Assembly (NCBI RefSeq): GCF_009834535.1
Contig: NC_045697.1
Location: forward strand, 35,652,001-35,716,000
Origin: Camelus ferus
Taxonomy: Eukaryota
Reading direction: 5' to 3'
Length of the DNA: 64,000 nucleotides
Both the position numbers and the translations under genes were made by a program. Shown in pieces: positions 12,020 through 24,890 of this stretch (position 1 is the first letter of the stretch; the number at the start of each line of letters is the position of its first letter). Under the pieces are notes generated by a model. The model was not told the DNA's origin and ran no database searches. It saw nothing but the letters and a program-made list of their open reading frames with translations.

Positions 12020-12530
12020 ATTTTTTCTTTCTTGAGTTAAAATTCACATAACCTTAAGTTAACCATTTAAATGTGTACAGCTCAGTGGCATTTAGTATAT
12101 TCACAATATTGTGCGACTGCCACCTCTGTCTAGTTCCAAAATATTTTACATCCTGAAAGGAAACCCTGTACCCATTAAGTAGTCTCTCCCACATCCCCCT
12201 CCCTCTAAACCCCTGACAACTGCTAATCTGCTTTCTGTCTCCAAGTCTTTATCTAGTTTGGATATATCCTTTAAATGGAATCTTACAGTACGTGACCTTT
12301 TGTGTCTCATTTCTTTTGTTTAGTACAGTATTTTTGAGGCTCATCCATGTTATAGTATGTATTAGTATTTAATTCCTTTTTATGGCTGAATAATACTCCT
12401 TTGTGTAGCCATGCCACATTTTGCTTATCCATTCACTGGTGGATGGATATTTGGGTACATTTCACCTTTTGGCTATTTTTTAACAGTGCTGCTATGAACA
12501 TTTGTGTACAAGTTTTTATCTGAATTTCCT
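12020..12530 (-). mobile_element. L1 (L1MA/MB-like) 3' UTR
   Basis: TTAACCATTTAAATGTGTACAGCTCAGTGGCATTTAGTATATTCACA...GCTGCTATGAACATTTGTGTACAAG. Confidence 0.85.
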
Positions 12531-13859
12531 CCTCATTTTGTAGTATGCTTTTCTCAGTGTGCCAGAGAGAACAAAAATTATAAATGTTAAATGAAACATG
12601 ATCACACATGAAATCAGTCATGGGAATTGTTATGGTTCTATTTATTCTATGACCACTGGTATAGAAATCACAAAATATTCATTGCCACAAACTAAAGATA
12701 AAGATAAACAATATCTACATAAGTTCCAGCTAGACAAGTGCTGAAAAAAGGTAATAGAAAATCAGAAATTTTATACTCTAACTGATAGGGAAGTGTCTTT
12801 AAATTTCTGTTCCTCTTTTAAAAAATGATGTTGAGACTAGCAGGCAGTATGTTCCATTGTATGTATGGCTGAGATCAGAAAAAAAAATATATATATTTAT
12901 TTATTTTGAATATACAATATATATTGTATAGTACAGGTTAAATGGCACATTTATATATTTTTAAGTGAAAGTACAGTGTTTTAAGATTTAGAAAAAATAT
13001 AAGATTAGGAAAAAAGACAAGCCATTAAATTGTACCTTCCCCTCTTTCTTTCCCAGTTATAGATGGATTGATTTAAGATTTGATTCTCTAACAGGATTGT
13101 ATGGAGGAGGGAAGAGAGATAAAAATGGAAAAAATGGAAATGTAAGTGTAGAATCGGAGGGAAGTGACTACTCTGGTGTGTCCAGGAGCCACAAGACAGG
13201 AAGATGAATTTCCAGTTCCTTGTATGTGGGAGTCTCAGCTAACAGCCCGCACTGAATGCAAGCTACCAATGTATGCCATTGAAGAAATGGGATTCTCTGT
13301 GCCCTTTGGCCTCTCCCAGCCAGTCCTATGTCTTACTCCAAAAAGTTTATCATCTTAGTGACACTTGTTAGAAAAGTTGAGACATCTGGCAAAATGGTAA
13401 GACATTTAATTCTAGAGTAGAATTGAGGGGAAATTCTTGCCTCCCAGGCCAAACACGATGTCAGCCAAATAAAAATTTTAAATCCAGCCTTTTAGTTGAA
13501 AGTCCATAATTTTTCCTTTCCTTAAATCTTTTTTTTTTTTTTTTGACAAGCCTCATCTGGGAGTCACCAAAGTCAAAAGACAAACAGCAAGAAGTATTTA
13601 TTACACCATCTGAAATTCTCAAAACCTGAGAACATCTCTGAACAATAGTAGTGGAAAGATGTGCAAAGGTCACTTCTCTGGATTGGTTAGAATTTTCACT
13701 GTCTTGGACAAATGAATGGTTGCTGTCATATGGTGTGATATTACAGAAAGCATCCCAATTACTGGCTAAGGAAGAGTGCACACAACTTGTTAGAAGCCCA
13801 AGGGCTTAAGGGTTTGCTTTCTGACTTGAGGACTGAAAAGGCACTGTACGTAAGATGTA

Positions 13860-13861
<2 letters not shown>

Positions 13862-13927
<66 letters not shown>
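13862..13927. repeat. Compound microsatellite (GT)16(GA)17
   Basis: Read directly from the sequence. Confidence 0.97.
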
Positions 13928-13930
<3 letters not shown>

Positions 13931-14069
13931 TTCTTTTGCTGAGACTTGCTCAAAGAAGGGTACAGCAATCCTTTCACAGAATCCCACCCTCTGGACAGCC
14001 AGTTGCTCGTGGGTACAAGTGCCATTGGATCTGCAGTCCTTTGATAGGTGGATCATGGAAGCAGCACAG

Positions 14070-14180
14070 GATCTCCAGTTAGAAGACCTGGCTCAGCATT
14101 CTGGCTCTGCCACTTGCAGCCGAATGACCCTCAACAGGACACTTAAGCACCTCTGGCCTCTTTGCCTCATCTGTAAGAAG
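14070..14180 (+). mobile_element. MIR fragment
   Basis: CTGGCTCTGCCACTTGC...GCCTCATCTGTAAG. Confidence 0.6.
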
Positions 14181-15829
14181 GGTGTCTGTTCTTGATGGTC
14201 CTGCTGGCTGTGACAGCTACGGCCACTTGTTTTTGTCAAGGCTTTGGCGTAGCTACGGACAGCTGGCTTTAGAGACCAAGTGTATCAACAGCATCCGCAC
14301 AATTTAGCGCTTCCGTAAGTCTCGATATTTCTCAGATGCTCATTGTCCTGTGAAGTGCGCAGTGCTTTCCAGCTGAATGCGTGGGCAGAGAAGAAAAGAG
14401 CAGAAAGTCTGCTTAAAATATTGAAAGTGAGAACTGATGGTATGCGGCAACTGCATTTATTGATTTTAGAATATTTCCTCCGTCCTTGGCCAGAGAAGAG
14501 CCTGCTCCACTGCTTTCCCTCTGGCTCGTATTTTAGAGTGACCCAGAGTGAAGCCATAAAAAACACACACTGGTTTTTCTAGCTTCCTGCTGGCTGAGGG
14601 GAGTCCAAAGCAGCTCCTTTTCACAACACATTTCCTTGCACCTACTGACAGAGTCTCCTTCTGCTACTGAAACGGAAGACCACAAACCCAAAGGCCATCT
14701 CAGGAACCGGAATGGAGAGAACTTGGAAAGAGAACCCAAAGGGAAGTCATCCCCGAGGGGTGCTCATGGGACCTTAAGTCAGGGTCAGCAAGGGAACCAG
14801 CAGCATCTGTGACAACACCAGGCTCTCTGAGGTTGCAGACCCGGGGCTCCCCAGCTGAGGGTGTGACCCTTCTCCAAGGAAACGCTCAGAAGAGAGAGCT
14901 CTGCTAAATGATGGATGGATGGCTGCCTTCCTAGGATAGCAGTGAACTCGGTCAGGGAGAGACGCTGTTTTTCTTTTCTGAGTACCTGCTGGGTTTGTCT
15001 GTGGTGCTTCCAAGTCTCTGGAATCCTCTTGCCCTTCCTGTTTCGCCCTGATTGCCTGTATCTCTCTGCTTGTATCCTTCTCTAAGTTTGGCTCTGGGAT
15101 AGCACTTGATTTTTACAACTGGAGAACAGAATTACTCCATTCTCCTCCCATCTCAGGGGACAAGACTCACTGAGATGCCTTTGTGAAATCAGAGATGGCA
15201 CATAGGCCAAATGCTCTGGTTTCTGGAGGTGGTTTGCCCTTTGCTTCGCAGCAGAAGCTGCTCTGGAGCCCGTGAGGAGTGTGTCTGGGGGCAGGCAGCC
15301 TTGCGGAATGCTTGCAGATAGGAGGTTTTTGCTTTGGGGGTTTTCTCTCTGTGAGTACTAGTGTGCCTTGTAGTTTGTGACTCTTCTACAGTTAATTTTT
15401 TTATGTTAATAAGAATCGTAATACATTTGTTAAATTAATATTTTAGGATTCAGTATTTAGCTCAGATACCTTAACAATACTGATATTTGAAACAGAAAGA
15501 TCTAATTAGACTAATTCTCAAGTTTTTTATGTGTCCCAAACTGGCCAGTTCTTAATATTTCTTGAGCAGTTATTTATGGAATCCTTCAAGCTTTTCCTTG
15601 GACATACACATTTTTGGAGAAACTTATTCACCTATGATTTCAAGCTTAGGTCAAATCCAAGTAACATTTTATTAAATTAATGTTATTTGGGAGTTTTAAT
15701 CTAGGTTTTCATGAATAATCTTTTGAGTCCTCAGGAAGCTTTGATAGATAAACACTTTACAGGAGCAAAATAGGATGTCAAGTTATATCTTGTTTAGAAA
15801 AATTCTGCCTGGTAAAACTACCATGAGGT

Positions 15830-16770
15830 CAGAAGATCAAAGACCAACTGTATTTACAATTCATCACAGAGGGCTTCTTTCTTTAGCATAAAGTGTTTTC
15901 CTACAAATCATTACAAGGAAAACCAATCACCAATAGAAAATTGGCAAGCCTGTTGACAGGTAATTCACAGAAAAAAATTTAAAAACTCTTTAAATATGAA
16001 GAGATCCAACCTTTACTCATAACAAGAGAAATGCCACTTAGAAATGACATGAGTTATTTTATTTTTACTGGATCGGTAAAGACAATATTTTTGCTAACAG
16101 TGTTGTTTGTGTAAGGGAAACAGAATTGGATAGTGGGAATATAAACTGATATAATCTCTAACAAGAGTAGATTAGCAATGTCTATAAATAGCAGATAAGT
16201 CTTTTGAATCAACAATTTCCTTTTCCAGGAATTTACCCTAAGAGATAGTCACACATATGTGAAATAACGTGTACAAGTGGGTTCTTCACAGCATTATTAT
16301 TTACTAGTGACAGATTGGCAGCAATGTAATTGTACAAGTCAAAAATGATTGCAATTTTGGTACATACATACAACTGACTATTATTCAGCCATTAAAAATA
16401 ATGAGGCAGGCATGTTTGTACTGAAATGGAGAAGTTCCAGGATACATTGTGAAGTATAAAAAGCAAAGTAGAGAAGAATATACTACGTTAAAATAAAGAA
16501 TGAAATACATAATATATAACTGTATATAAACATATGTATCTACTTGACATATATTCTATTGGTGGATAATGATGTGTGTGTGTGCATGTGTGTGTGTGCA
16601 TGCATGCATGCATGTATTTATACACATATAGATTATTTCTGGGTGGACACATAAGAAATGAGTAATAGAGGAAAGAGAAAATGGTTGAAGGAGGATTGCT
16701 TTTCATTATATATTTTTGGTCTATGTTAATTTGTTCCTATTTAAAACTATCAATAAAATTAATTTCAAAA
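15830..16770 (+). mobile_element. Old L1 (L1ME-like) ORF2 end and 3' UTR
   Basis: Degenerate ACAGGTAATTCACAGAA, CCAGGAATTTACCCTAAG and TATTCAGCCATTAAAAATAATGAGG motifs. Confidence 0.7.
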
Positions 16771-17934
16771 ATAATTTTTAAAAGAATAAAATATTGCCTT
16801 CTCTTTCAACATCGTAAAGTTCTTACAGTTGTCTTATGGCTCCTAGAAGCAGGTGCCCCTGTCTCTCAAGCATAATTACTCAGTAAGCTGAAGAACTCTT
16901 CCTCTGATTTGTAGGTCACTCTACCTCCATTTTACCTTCTTAAAATAAAAGGTCTTTCAAAGCTGATTTAGCCAAGATCCTAGAGTGAATTTGGAAAAAT
17001 TCCTGAGCTCTTACTTTGCATCTGTGCCCAATTTTTTGATCCCAGTTCTTCCAGATGGCAAAATTTGTCCTTCTTTCAGGCAAAATTCAAGACTCCTTGC
17101 TTTCTCTCCTTTTTTCCCTGCAATGGAACAATGACCCTGCACTGAATACTGTACAAATGTCTTTACTTCCACTATTTTTAATCATCCCAACAGTCCTATT
17201 ATAGCTGCATGGAGTGCAAAGAGTTGCAGTTACTTGCTCAAAATCACATAGCTAATAGGTGGCTTTTCACTATATGGAGAGAGAAAAACGACAACAGAAA
17301 CACTGATAGCATGAGAATCATGAACTTTTTCCACTTGGAATGGGGCATAGAATGTTTAATGTAAGGTATCAGCTTGCAGATGTTTGAGAAATTGCTTAGA
17401 AATGGCTGGGTTGTAGTGTTTTCATTTCTCCTGACAGGGAAGCATATAAAATTGTTTGCTGGTAACAATCTTGTGGAAAATTCATGTGACCTGAAGACAT
17501 TGAGCAGAGGAGGACCTGAAACTCTCCTCTGAGCACTGAGTCAGTCAGGATTCAATCAGAGAAGCAGACCTACATGCATGTGTATGTGTATGTAGATACC
17601 GTATATACCTCCTATTTGTGTATCAGAGGTCTCTTCCTGTCTTATGCTTGAGCTGTTTCTGTGTCTGATCATGAGCTTGAAGTTCACAGGGCATGCAGGC
17701 TGGGCAGGGGAGATGGACATCAGGTGGGAGAGAGCAAGGACAAGCTGGAACCCATGCAGACTGACTGGAACTCAAGTTATTTCTTGTTGCTTCCAGTGTT
17801 GCTGATGTGGTATCTTGTAGGAGAAGCCAGCGCCCTGCATCAAGGAGCTAAACACACAACTGGTCCAGGAGGGGAAAAAGCTGAAGGAGGATCCAGGGGA
17901 AGGGAGGTCAGTTGCATAGCTGGCTGCTGCCTGA

Positions 17935-18396
17935 TTAAAGGCTATTACTGGGTGTATCTCTGAGGATGTTTCTGGAAGAGATTAGCATTTGAATTAGTGG
18001 TGAAGCAGATGGCCCTCCCCAATATGACTTTATACAGTCCATCGAGGGCCTGAATAGAACAAAATGATGGAGGAAGGGAGGGTTTGCTCTCTCTGCCTGA
18101 CTGCTGAAGCTGGACCTTGGCCTCATCCTGCCCTCAAGGATCCTGGTTCTCAAGCCTTCGGACTCATACTGGAATCTACACTATCAGCTTTCTAGCTCTC
18201 AGACCTTCAAACTACACTGCTGGCCTCCCTGGGTCTCTAGCTTGCAGATGGCAGGTCATGGGCCTTCTCAGCCTCCATGATCGTGTGAATCAATACCTTC
18301 TAATCAATCAACAGACAAACAATTATTTATTCATTCATTCATTCATATATGCATTTCCTATTTGTTCCATTTCTCTGGAAAATCCTGACTAACACA
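17935..18396 (+). mobile_element. ERVL LTR (MLT2-like)
   Basis: GAGGATGTTTCTGGAAGAGATTAGCATTTGAAT...TTCTCTGGAAAATCCTGACTAACACA; further LTR-like sequence lies at 17540-17930. Confidence 0.8.
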
Positions 18397-19124
18397 GTTT
18401 CTGTCTTGTTGCCTAATGGTGGATCCTGGCTATCAGCCTGGTCTGTTTGGATGGCTCCTTCACTTGCACTGTCTAGCTATTTCACTATTCCTGGACTCAG
18501 ATCATCCTTAACCACATATTTTAGGCTCACAGATCAGTGTTGTCCTTCCTTGCACTTAGACCAACTAGCTATAACCCCAGGTGGGACTCCACACCTAGAC
18601 TTCCCTTTCTAGGAGGAGAACTCAGGCATCAGGCTGGACTTGGAACTTTTGAAGGACTACTGAAGATTCAGTTTTGGGGTAGTGAGGAAGGTGGGTGCAC
18701 AGTGGGCAAAGGTTGTTTTTAGGAGGCCTTGATGGAATCCTTCAACTTCAAGAGTCAATAACTATGCAGTGGAGTCAGGAAGGATGACTGGGCGGCCCCC
18801 GTGGGGAGATAGCTGGGATTACGAGAGAAAAGGCACTAAGAGTGATGGCAGAAGGAGAAACAAGACACTTATTTCTAGAGAAGTGGATTAGATTTTGTTC
18901 TCTTTCAGGGATAAGATAATAGGAAGGGACTTTAGTTATGTAACTCAGACTCAGGAAGGAGCTAGAATTTCAAACATGCCCTGGTGTGTGAAGTCTTTCT
19001 ATGTTTTCCTTGAGAGGTGGTTAAGAAGTCATTCTACCAGGGACAGAGAACTCGCTTAATATTTGATTTTTGAGGCGCTTCTAATTCTGAGCAGATTCCT
19101 TTATGTATTATAGCACATCCATCC

Positions 19125-19390
19125 TCTCAGTTATTGTTAATTTTCTTAGGTGTGGACCATAGTGGTGTGGTTATGCTGGAGAATGCCCTATTACTGGAGA
19201 TGCATTTTAAAAACACGGGTGAAGTATTTTGATATCTGCAACAAACTTTAAAATGGCTCAGGAAAAAAGCATATATGTTTATATACAGTAGATAAAACAA
19301 ATATAACAAAAAGTTAATTGTTGAATGGAGTAAGTATAGAGGTGTTCATTTTATTATTCCTTCAACTTTTCTCTGTGTTTGAAATAATAA
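19125..19390 (+). mobile_element. Old L1 3' end (L1MB/ME-like)
   Basis: ATTGTTAATTTTCTTAGGTGTG...GGTGTTCATTTTATTATTCCTTCAACTTTTCTCTGTGTTTGAAATAATAAA. Confidence 0.7.
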
Positions 19391-19719
19391 AGGACTAGGG
19401 TGAATGTCAGCCTTCCAGTAATTTCTGTCACTAGTCCTTGTTGTCTTCTCTGGACCAACATGGAACAGATTTAGTCCCCTTTTCTTGTGACACCCCTTTA
19501 AATGTCAGAAAATACTTTACACAAAGGAGGTACTCTACATGTGTAACTCTTATAATGAGCACCTAGCCACCCTGAGGCCTCAGGTGGCCCCCAGAACTTC
19601 TCTGTTGAAAAATGGGGCAATGGAATTTATGATGAATGTGATGGGGAAAGAGCCACAACATCTGGACAACAGTTTATAGCAAAAGTTGGTAGAGGCCAGG
19701 GACTCTTTGGATACATGAC

Positions 19720-20032
19720 AATTAGTCATGGTGGTGGCTAATTGCATGGACTCTGGAAATAGATTGCCTGGGAGTGTGGTTCCCAGATCTATCACTCATA
19801 AGCTTCATGACCTTGGGCAGATTACTAACTTATCTGTGCCTCATTTCCCTCATCAGGAAACTGGGGAATAGAAGCAGAATCTTCTACTGACTATTGATAA
19901 TAATGAATATTAATATTGATAATACTAATAACCTCCTTTGGCTATTGTATAAAATTAACACGTTGAGATATGCTTAAGTACTTAAAATAAGGGCTGGCAC
20001 TAGCAGCTCTCAATAAATGTTAGCTATTATTA
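19720..20032 (+). mobile_element. MIR SINE
   Basis: GACCTTGGGCAGATTACTAACTTATCTGTGCCTCATTTCCCTCATC...CTCAATAAATGTTAGCTATTATT. Confidence 0.8.
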
Positions 20033-21977
20033 TTTTTAAAATTTTCATTTTTATTTTGTTCTCAATTTATTTAGGGCTTTTACGTTCTTTTTGTCATTAA
20101 ATTAACCAATTCAACAAATGTTTATCGAACTCCTGCTACTTTATGTATCTGGTGGTGGAGGTCCACAGAGAAATGAGATTTTGTTACGCCCTGAAGGACG
20201 TTACAGGCAGTAAATAGGACCTAATGCCTGTGGCCTTCAGGCTGGAGAGGAGGGAGGCATTGGACCTCAGTTAAGGACAAGCTCAGTCCTTCATGTTTAT
20301 CACCTCTTTCTGGGGGTTTAAGAACTCCTGGATCCAGAACACTGCACTTGCCTTGGAAAAGAATAAAGCGCTCCCTCAAACTAAAGATAATGGCATGGAG
20401 AGGTAATATTTTTGAATGTTTTCCTTGAAGACAAAGAGAGCTAACTTCAGCCTGATCTACCTGATATAAACCCAAGGAATGAGAGCATGATTCATGTTTG
20501 CTTTCTCAAGTTTCCATATTTTACCGATTAGTTTTAAAGGTAAATAAAATCATGACTACTCAGGAGAAACAGATAAAAGCAAAATTAATGTGACTCAAAG
20601 CATATCAAATTAAGTCTGGTGCAGATAAGGGACTGTTTCAGAGAAAAGTATTTGGTTTTGCAGACCATTGTTCTTTTGACAAGTTTTCGTGGTTTGTAAA
20701 TCAAATAGCTTAAGTCATGGACCATACCAGCAATAAAACATGCATAAACTTCAAGTTATTTCATACATTTTTAATGCCCCCCGCCTTTTCAGTCTCTCTA
20801 AGGGAGCTAAGTGAGTGAGACCAAATAATTTTAATAAGAAGAGGATCTGAGTCGCTTGAGACATGCTAGAAGGCATCCTGATTGTTGGTATAACAGATTT
20901 CCATCTTCAGCAATGATAAAGCAAAAACTAAACTGGAGTGGGTGCAGGGAGTGGGGAAAGGGGAGCAGGACCACAGGTTAGGATGTTTCCTGCCTTTGGC
21001 TTTTTGTTGTGTGTGCTTAGCTGGTGGTTGTTTCCATTCTTTTGTGCCTTCACCAGTTGGTGATTGCTTCCTTTGTGCAGTATGGCTTCCAACATTTGAA
21101 AGAAGGTCACAAGAGGTCCTATTGAGTTCTCCAGGACTTTTTAAAAATGAAAAATATTTCAACTGACCTAGTAGCTGTTGCATAAATATGCTGGGAATAT
21201 GCACACAAATTAACTTATTTGTTATGGTTTTATTCTTTAAGGAAAATAGATGGTGTACATTTTCCAATCCTCTTTCTCCCAAGACGCTAATGCCGTCTTA
21301 CAGCTGACTTTCCTGAAAAGACATTTGTCCTAAACCAAAGGTCAGATGAGGTCCTTTAATTGGAAGTTCCAGAGAGTTTCTATACACAGGTCAATTCTGT
21401 GGCAGTTTAACTGGTTTAGGAAGAGCTGTTGAGTGCTGGCTATTTTTACAGTTTTATTTCTTTGCCTGATTCCTCTGAGCCTTGGAAGTATCAGCTGTAG
21501 GAATAACTTGTAAAACTACTTTAGATTAGGGGGTCATTGTCTGTAGATCTTGTGTTTTATATAGTTGAACGTTCAGGAACAAGGAATCACAGTATGTTGC
21601 TATGATTCTCATCCTTATCAAATTAGAAGGAACATATTCTTCACTTAGAAATACAGTATTTTGGGTCTTTTACGGTAAGCTGAAAAGCTTTATCTTATCC
21701 TTAACTTCCTGTTTGTGAGCTGTGAATACTTTCAACACTTGGGTGGTGGAGTCCTGAAGCCACAAAAATTTAAGAGGTAGCATATGGTAGGGAATCTATT
21801 CTGCACCCAAGAACTTAAAGTTTTATATGAATAGGTGTGTGGGAAATGAAAATTCTCCATTGTGAGCCATTGTGGCAATGGACATTGCCCAGATTGCATT
21901 CAGTAGTAAGACTGTTAGCTCACACCTATTTAGCAACATCTAGAGAATCCTGTTCCTTGAAAGAATGAATTATAATG

Positions 21978-22403
21978 CCATTTGCAGTAACATGATGAGG
22001 GTAGAGATTATCATAGTAAATGAAGTTAAGTCAGAAAGAGAAAGACAAATATCACATGATATCACTTACATGTGGAATCTAAACAAATGAGACAAATGAA
22101 CTTATTTATAAAACAGAAACAGATTCACAGACATAGAAAACAAACTTATGGTTACCAAAGGGGAAAGGGGAGGTGGATAAATTAGAAATTTGGGATTAGC
22201 AGATACAAACTACTGTGTATAAAATAGATAAATCACAAGGCAAGGCCCTATGGTATAGCACAGGGAACTATAGTTAATTTCTTGCAATAACCTATAATGA
22301 AAAAGAATATGTGTAATATATGACTGAATCACTATGCTGCACATTAGAAACGAACACAACATTGTAAATCAACTATACCTCAATAAAAATAATAATAAAA
22401 AAA
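21978..22403 (+). mobile_element. L1 3' end (artiodactyl-type 3' UTR)
   Basis: CCATTTGCAGTAACATG...CATTGTAAATCAACTATACCTCAATAAAA; flanks 21959-21977 and 22404-22422 match at 17 of 19 positions. Confidence 0.9.
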
Positions 22404-22599
22404 GAAAGAATTAATTAAAATGTAGATCAGGTGTTGTTGTTGTCCCATTTTATTCATTCAGATAAAAGTTGTTGGCCATTGTCTGAGTCCCACGCACTTT
22501 CCAGGGAATATTTTAGTCCTTTATGTTTTGCATGGGCCATGGTGTCTCTTCTTTGCCTTTCTAACCCTTGCCTGTTCTGCAAGCACCGCTTCCTCAATG

Positions 22600-22840
22600 A
22601 CCCTCCCCTGACTCTTCCTATGTGAGTTGCATGGCCTTTCCTAGGCTTCCCTTGAGCTCCATGCAGCCCTCAAACACAGTGCTAGATCATATTTGCTGAC
22701 TTCTTTGTAGCTGCACCCCCAGCTCCCAATAGACTGCAAGATCCACGAGGCAGGGTCTGTGTTCTATCCAGGTTTGTAACCCCAGCACTTGGCACAGGGT
22801 CTGGCATATGGTAGAAGCCCACTGAATAGTTGGTGAGTGA
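22600..22840 (+). mobile_element. L2 3' end
   Basis: TAGACTGCAAGATCCACGAGGCAGGG...GGCACAGGGTCTGGCATATGGTAG. Confidence 0.7.
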
Positions 22841-23580
22841 ACCCAAGCCTGCGTCCTGCCTTCTCCACCCTTGGCTAAGTCTGAAGAAAGATGAACTAGA
22901 TTGGAGGTTTTACTGCATAATTAAATTACCCTGTCAAAATAATTTTTAATGCGGAAAGGAAATTCAGAGATCAGCTACAGGAAATTGAGGACTAGAGAGG
23001 TGAAGAGAGTTGGCCAAGGTCATGCAGCTGTTTAGTGGCAAACTGGGACTGAGGCCCTGGCCTCTTGCTGGCTAGGCCTAGCCCAAATATGGGAAAGGTT
23101 AGTTGCTTTTTCCTCTTAAAATGACCCTGGAATCCAGGCAAAACGGCTTAGTAACCTAAAAATGCTAATGAGGAGACTACAAATTAAAACTACTTACAGG
23201 AATGAATCTAACAGCAGTTATTCAAAACACCCTGGGAATGCTGAGAGGCGGTGGCTGCGATGGGCTCACGGCTGAGTTCTTCTGACGGGGCCATTGGCCT
23301 GCAAGCCAGTGTTTGCTGGTCAAATTCTTAGTGAGGGTAGATGTCTGAATAGGCCAAATTTAGCAACCCTCTCCGACACAGATTTGGGTTGAAAGATACA
23401 TGTCAAGTTCAAAAGAGCTAATCAATGTGTTTATGTCCCTAAGTGCATCCAACAGGGGATCTGAAATGTTTTTCATTTTCAGTGTTCAGCCATGATGGAT
23501 GTAAAGAACAAGACGGTTTCTCTTTTCTATCTGTGATTTCAGAAACCAATTCGCCTATTTCCAGAACAAGCCCCATAAAG

Positions 23581-23601
23581 AAAAAAAAAAAAAAAAAAAA
23601 A
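23581..23601. repeat. Poly(A)21 run
   Basis: Read directly from the sequence. Confidence 0.9.
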
Positions 23602-23779
23602 GACTTTTGGATGAAGTCAGAGTTGACTACTGAGTGGTTGAGCATTGGGAAGTCTCCGTGAATACGTAGCAGAAAGATGGCAAACTTGTATCAGTGATCC
23701 TGAATTGACTTGCACATGTGTTTTGTTTGGATGGTTTGGTGTTTTTTTTTTTCTCTTGTGGATATGGCTTTTAATTTTT

Positions 23780-24321
23780 AAAAAAATTTTTTTATTGATT
23801 TATAATCATTTTACAATGTTGTGTCAAATTCCAGTGTTCAGCACAATTTTTCAGTCATACATGGACATGTACACACTCATTGTCACATTTTTTCTCTGTG
23901 AGCTACCATAACATTTTGTGTATATTTCCCTGCGCAATACAGTATAATCTTGTTTATCTATTCTACAATTTTGAAATCCTAGTCTATCCCTTCCCACCCT
24001 CCACCACCCCTGGCAACCACAAGTCTGTATTCTCTGTCTATGAGTCTATTTCTGTCCTGTATTTATGCTTTGTTTTTGTTTGTTTGTTTTTGTTTTTGTT
24101 TTTCAGATTCCACATATGAGTGATCTCATATGGTATTTTTCTTTCTCTTTCTGGCTTACTTCACTTAGAATGACATTCTCCAGGAGCATCCATGTTGCTG
24201 CAAATGGTGTTATGTTGTCAGTTTTTATGGCTGAGTAGTATTCCATTGTATAAATATACCACCTCTTCTTTATCCAGTCACCTGTTGATGGACATTTAGG
24301 CTGTTTCCATGTTTTGGCTAT
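23780..24321 (-). mobile_element. Young 5'-truncated L1, same subfamily as 2947-4090
   Basis: Near-identical reverse complement of about 3535-4075, including the CAAAA/CAAA repeat after the ORF2 stop. Confidence 0.95.
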
Positions 24322-24326
24322 AGGAC

Positions 24327-24450
24327 CTTAGCATGCACCAGGTCCTGGGTTCAATCCCAGTACTTCCATTAAAATAAACAAATAAATAAATAAACCTAAC
24401 TACCTCCCCCACCAAAGTATTTTTAAAAAGAAGGAAAAATAAAAATAAAA
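24327..24450 (+). mobile_element. Vic-1-type SINE lacking its 5' ~30 nt
   Basis: CTTAGCATGCACCAGGTCCTGGGTTCAATCCCAGTAC...AACTACCTCCCCC. Confidence 0.85.
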
Positions 24451-24541
24451 ACAAGGAGATTTCACATGTAAAGAATTCTGGATGTCTACCTTCCTTTAGA
24501 AAGTGAGAGAACATTGGGTAACAGTAACATTGGATGCACTT

Positions 24542-24890
24542 GTATATTAAATTTCCTGTGGCAGCCTTAACAAATTAATGCAACCTAGGCGGCTTAAAAC
24601 AGAAACCTATTGTCTCGGAGTTCTGGAGGCCAGAAGTTCAAAATCAAGGTGTCAGCAAGGCCTCTTTATCCCTAAGAGTTCTAGGGAGAATGCTTACCGA
24701 CCTCTCTCAGCTTCTGGGGGCTGCAGGCATTCCTTGGCTTGTGGCTGCATCACTGTAAACTCTGCTTCTCTCGTCACATCACTGTCTCCTCTTTGTGTCA
24801 AAATTCCCTCTGCCTCACTCTAACTGGAACCCTTATTGTTGGATTTACAGCCCACCCAGATAATCCAAGATGCTCTCATCTCAAGACACC
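24542..24890 (-). mobile_element. MaLR LTR (MLT1A-C-like)
   Basis: GGCTTAAAACAGAAAC...GTTCTGGAGGCCAGAAGTTCAAAATCAAGGTGTCAGCA. Confidence 0.8.

Noticed and set aside
13759..14082. ORFs with SLSL/THTH/CVCV/ERER runs
   Set aside because: Translation artefacts of the (GT)n(GA)n microsatellite
23581..23601. Poly(A) as the tail of a processed pseudogene
   Set aside because: No TSD, canonical AATAAA or recognisable mRNA upstream; the same applies to A20 at 55495-55514 and the T run at ~13529-13544
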